Shown piece after piece: positions 60,253-64,000 of a DNA stretch of 64,000 nucleotides. The stretch lies in NCBI GenBank assembly GCA_002633005.1, contig NMRA01000618.1:118232-182231 (forward strand). Direction: 5' to 3'. The notes under the pieces were generated by a model that saw only the letters and a list, made by a program, of their open reading frames with translations, had not been told where the DNA came from and made no database searches. This DNA is from Phoronis australis. Taxonomy: Eukaryota; Animalia; Phoronida. Within the stretch, counting starts at the first letter, position 1. Every line of letters starts with the position of its first letter. The translations under genes and the position numbers were made by a program.

Positions 60253-60341
60253 CTGATATTCTTGTGTTAGAGTGGCGAGATGTTCCAGATAATCTGTTTT
60301 ATATTCTCTAACATATTCATCATGAAGTGCAAGCGCCATTT
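60253..60341 (-). CDS. Kinase gene exon (after subdomain IX)
   Basis: tttttag|(E)MALALHDEYVREYKTDYLEHLATLTQEYQ|gtaaat; phase 1-0 fits the 61827 donor. Confidence 0.6.
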
Positions 60342-60879
60342 CTAAAAAATAATGATGTATTAACCACATGCCACGTGTTATATTTGTACAAAGAAATGGT
60401 GAAACGTCATTTAATCGAATGAAATGACCAGAAATCTTAACGAACGAATGATAAATGACTGTTACATATTGTTGTTGAACGCCTTTGCTAAGACTGTTCA
60501 CAGTTTTTAGCTGCCAAAACACGAAACATCAATTGAGTCTTATCAGCTCACATAATCTAGACACATCACGTCCGACTCACTCTCAAAATTTGTTCTGTCA
60601 CTTGGCTTATACTGAAGGCAGTCTGAAACCAGTATTCTCAAGATCCGGGGCTCACACTCCTGTAGCTGTTCCATGCAGTAATCTTTAATTCCATTCAAAA
60701 TTTGTTGTTTTATGGATTAAGTTGGCAAACCTGAAATAGTTAGAAATTGCTGCGTTGGCGGCAGAAGCATTTTCATTTGGTGTGTCAAATGAACGGCGAA
60801 ATCAGAAAAGGGAGGTGTGTGGCGGACAGAAAATTTTGATAGTTAAAGTCTCATTTCGTGTATTCTAGAGACATCGAAA

Positions 60880-61450
60880 TGCCTTTTGACTATGTTATGG
60901 ATATTGGTCTGGCATCTGCCGGACCACTTCCGGCACCCATGAAAAGAGGAATTCCTTCCTCACTAATTTTGGCAAACATACATTTTTCTACATCGGTGCC
61001 ATGCTATGTGACTTTCCCTATTATCATGTTTGTCAGTGAAGCTATAATTATCTTTAAATCCAGGTACTTAGGTAATATTAAATTGTATGACCTTTCATTT
61101 ACCTGTTATCATTTTGTTGTCAAACTTTTTATTTTCATTTTTGACCAGAGTTTCTCATTCCAGTTTGTTGTTCCATGATTTTCTTTCATATTGGACTCCA
61201 GATGACGGGACAAGTAATGCAAAATAGCTTTATGTAATGAATAAAGGTATCTTTCTACTTGCACTACCACATTAACTATTACTATGTACCTATGACTCAA
61301 AATTTCAAACCAGGTTACCCAACAACTCAAATATATGTCTAAAAATTTCTAAAAGTAGAAAATAAGTGCCCTATATATCCAAGCAACCAATCGACAGAAA
61401 ACAGAGCCAATTAGCCATCAATTTTAAAATCCATGGTCAACATGACTGTC
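60880..61450 (+). mobile_element. Possible Penelope-like RT relic
   Basis: Fragments in order: KRGIPSSLILANI, SRYLGNI, YLHY, PYI; very decayed. Confidence 0.4.
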
Positions 61451-61826
61451 TCGGGTTTGAAGATTTTCCTTACCAATTAAACACTATATCACAATTCATT
61501 AATTCATTTTGGTGGCAGGGACCAACACCTATAATGAGGACGACATTTCTGGACTTTTGAAAGACCTCTGTGACGACGAGGGGGATTTCCAGTGGTGACG
61601 AAACAATGCCTTCTAATAATGAAAGTCCCTAAACCGCAACTTGCTAAGTTTCATGGATACCCGTCCTCACGATTTATAATACCTCTGCCCAGACAAGATG
61701 GCCTCCCTATTTTGCCCGGGGGCTTCAAGCTGAAGCTGATTCGGTGGATTTACACAGGCAATTTCGTAATGTCCTAAACTTGGCCAAAGGCAAATATTTA
61801 GCAAATGACCAATAGAAAATAGTTAC

Positions 61827-61882
61827 CTCTGCATGTGAATAGCAATTCTTCAGTGATGAGTTCAAAGAGCGTTACTCCAAAG
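61827..61882 (-). CDS. Protein kinase exon (subdomain IX)
   Basis: (S)FGVTLFELITEELLFTCR; phase 2-1. Confidence 0.88.
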
Positions 61883-62377
61883 CTGAAAGTATATAAAGAA
61901 GCATACGGAATTAGTGCTGTTGTTCTTGGTGCACAACATTTGAAACTTAAATAGCGACTATGAACCTGCTTTTTTGGTTCAGACCACTCTTCATTATGAA
62001 AATTATCTCAAAATGTTCCTTAGTCGACTTACTGATGCTTTCAAGGTTTCAAAAGTACAGACAATATTGGTTATTGCCTGATACCATTCAGTCTGTAAAG
62101 ATTATCAGGACGTGTCATTTACGACGCTGAGAATGGTCTCAAAGAATAACGAATCGAACAACAACTGGCATCGCTCAAGTTTTCACTCCAAACGAAAACA
62201 TTAGAATTGTTGTACCTTGCATTCAGCAATATTCAATGCCCCCTCATCATTTTAATTGTGCAAAAATCTTGCAAGGAATTTGCGGTCTTCATGCAGTTAC
62301 CGTTTAATGACAATGCACACTTGTCTCAGAACCAGATAGGCTTGTAGTATAATTCAAAATGGACTTCAAATATTTAC

Positions 62378-62538
62378 CTCCAAACATCTGTCTCAGGACT
62401 GTTCTTGGGCATAGTACGGCCTGCAATATCTGGCTTCAACAACTCGGGGGCTAAGTGTGACAACGTTCCCTTAGCATGGGTTGAGCTGTCCAGGTCGGTT
62501 GTGAAGCCTTGGAGAGTAGACACTCCAAAGTCCCCAAC
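62378..62538 (-). CDS. Protein kinase exon (subdomains VII-IX)
   Basis: VGDFGVSTLQGFTTDLDSSTHAKGTLSHLAPELLKPD...SPETDVW. Confidence 0.92.
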
Positions 62539-63012
62539 CTATAATTTGAAAATCATTAGTGAAGATACTTTCTTGTAGATTTAAAAACATATTTTTCTGT
62601 AATGCCTTATCACAGATGATACATCATATGGTCCCTTACAAAATTTCCTCAACTAACCTTAGAATATTTTAGTCACCAAGACAAAAATGTAATTGACCCA
62701 CTAACTGCACAAGTCAAACCTAACTACTGTGTAAAAAGTACAATTAATGCAATGACTACCATAAACTCAGTTTCCCAGTCCCCAAATAAAGTAGTGACTG
62801 TCAAAGTAAACGTATTGATGTTTGCTATTGGACCCCTGAGAAGATCATTCTGAGTTAGAGATTGGTAAACGAATAATAGCACCTCGTGATCAAAACATTG
62901 ATTTTCGTCTTCAGTTGTCTACTGTTATTAACCTCTACCACAGAAACTAAAATAACAGTAATTAGAACTTGATGCCATTTTATACCTTGAAAAAAGCTTT
63001 CGCTAAAATTAC

Positions 63013-63132
63013 CTTAGCCTTGAATCTGTCACTTAGTAAAATATTGTCTAATTTTAAATCACAATGGACAAGACTCGGAGTAGCACTGTGTAGATATCTC
63101 ATGGCGTCCGCGACATCCACCATCATTTCAAC
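63013..63132 (-). CDS. TKL-type (RIPK/IRAK/MLK-like) protein kinase exon (subdomain VI)
   Basis: VEMMVDVADAMRYLHSATPSLVHCDLKLDNILLSDRFKAK; cag acceptor, gtaatt donor. N-lobe exons lie further upstream or outside the window. Confidence 0.93.
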
Positions 63133-64000
63133 CTGCCACAGACACAGATAAACACTAAATACATGAAGCAAACTAGCCTGAGAAGTGTACTGATCGTGTC
63201 AGCTGGAAACTAATTATAATGCAAAGCATTAGCGATGTCCCGATTTAAGGACCAACCGTTGGTTTCCTTTACCTTCAACAACACGCAAAACTCCCTCACT
63301 ATACATGTACATAAAAATGCCCTTCAAACGACTCAAAAATATTTGCAATGTTAGAGTCGGTTATAACCCACGCAGACACTCGGTTTGTGAAGCCGTTATC
63401 AGTATAGAATAGTATAGAATAGTATACTGCTCCCTGGTGCGAAAATAACTAAACAACCATCACACACAAGTAAACGTTGAAAATGAAGCTGTTTACCAAA
63501 CTAGTTTTACTAGCAACATTCTTGCGTTTCAACTCACGCTTTCAATGTCACCGGATTTTACGAGCCAACGGCCATCCCAAAATTCACTTGAAAACTTACA
63601 GAAGCGCGGTAGATAGCCCCAAGATCATTTGCCTTGACATGCGTGATACATCAGCTCAACTATTATCCACTTTAGGTGCACACCTGAGCTGGTACCTTTC
63701 TGTCCCCAGTTGCCCAAAGTATAGCATAAGGCAATCGCTAAATAACCGCAAAAATACGTTAGTTTTGGATATTTTTTTACAATAGCCGACGAGAGGTGGT
63801 ACAGAGATTTATGAGAAAGCACTTAATTATGGTAAGACAACTTCTTGCACACTATTCGAGTTGCAAGCACCATCACGCACCTGTACACTGATTGGTATAT
63901 GCGATTCGATGCACTTTAGTTTTTCCTGTAAGTCCCTCAGAGAGCCATTATGCATGAATTCCAAAACCAGCCCACACATATTGTCCAAAATGATGCCGTA

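Noticed and set aside
63273-63740. Small upstream kinase exons (e.g. REFCVLLK at 63273-63298)
   Set aside because: Splice sites are plausible but there is no diagnostic motif, so they cannot be supported.

Overview
Eukaryotic (metazoan, probably marine invertebrate) AT-rich genomic DNA with two N-gaps. Most ORFs in the six-frame track are spurious or exon fragments. I reconstructed two convergent spliced genes by hand from GT-AG sites, reading-frame phase and motifs. (1) On the + strand, about 1880-52663, a ~21-exon, ~1140-aa divergent VWA + double-Cache protein of the voltage-gated Ca-channel alpha2delta/CACHD1 family. It has an intact MIDAS, a GPI-like C-terminus and an unusual Cys-rich insert. 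I did not find its signal-peptide exon. (2) On the - strand, from beyond 63132 down to 55427, exons of a TKL-type protein kinase (subdomains VI-XI) that appear to splice onto one 1.37-kb exon encoding a TTC22/IFIT-like TPR domain. This possible kinase-TPR fusion is the best candidate for a novel system. Three exons of gene 1 are duplicated across the 27869-28751 gap, most likely as unmerged haplotypes. Introns hold many transposon relics: ISL2EU-like, Kolobok-like, P-like, MITEs, LOA/R1-group and L2-group LINEs, BEL/Pao, Penelope-like and tRNA-SINEs. The palindrome TACATGTA is strongly over-represented and behaves like a 6-bp insertion at TA sites, resembling a Tc1/mariner excision footprint. 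All family assignments come from motif recognition by eye; no searches were run.
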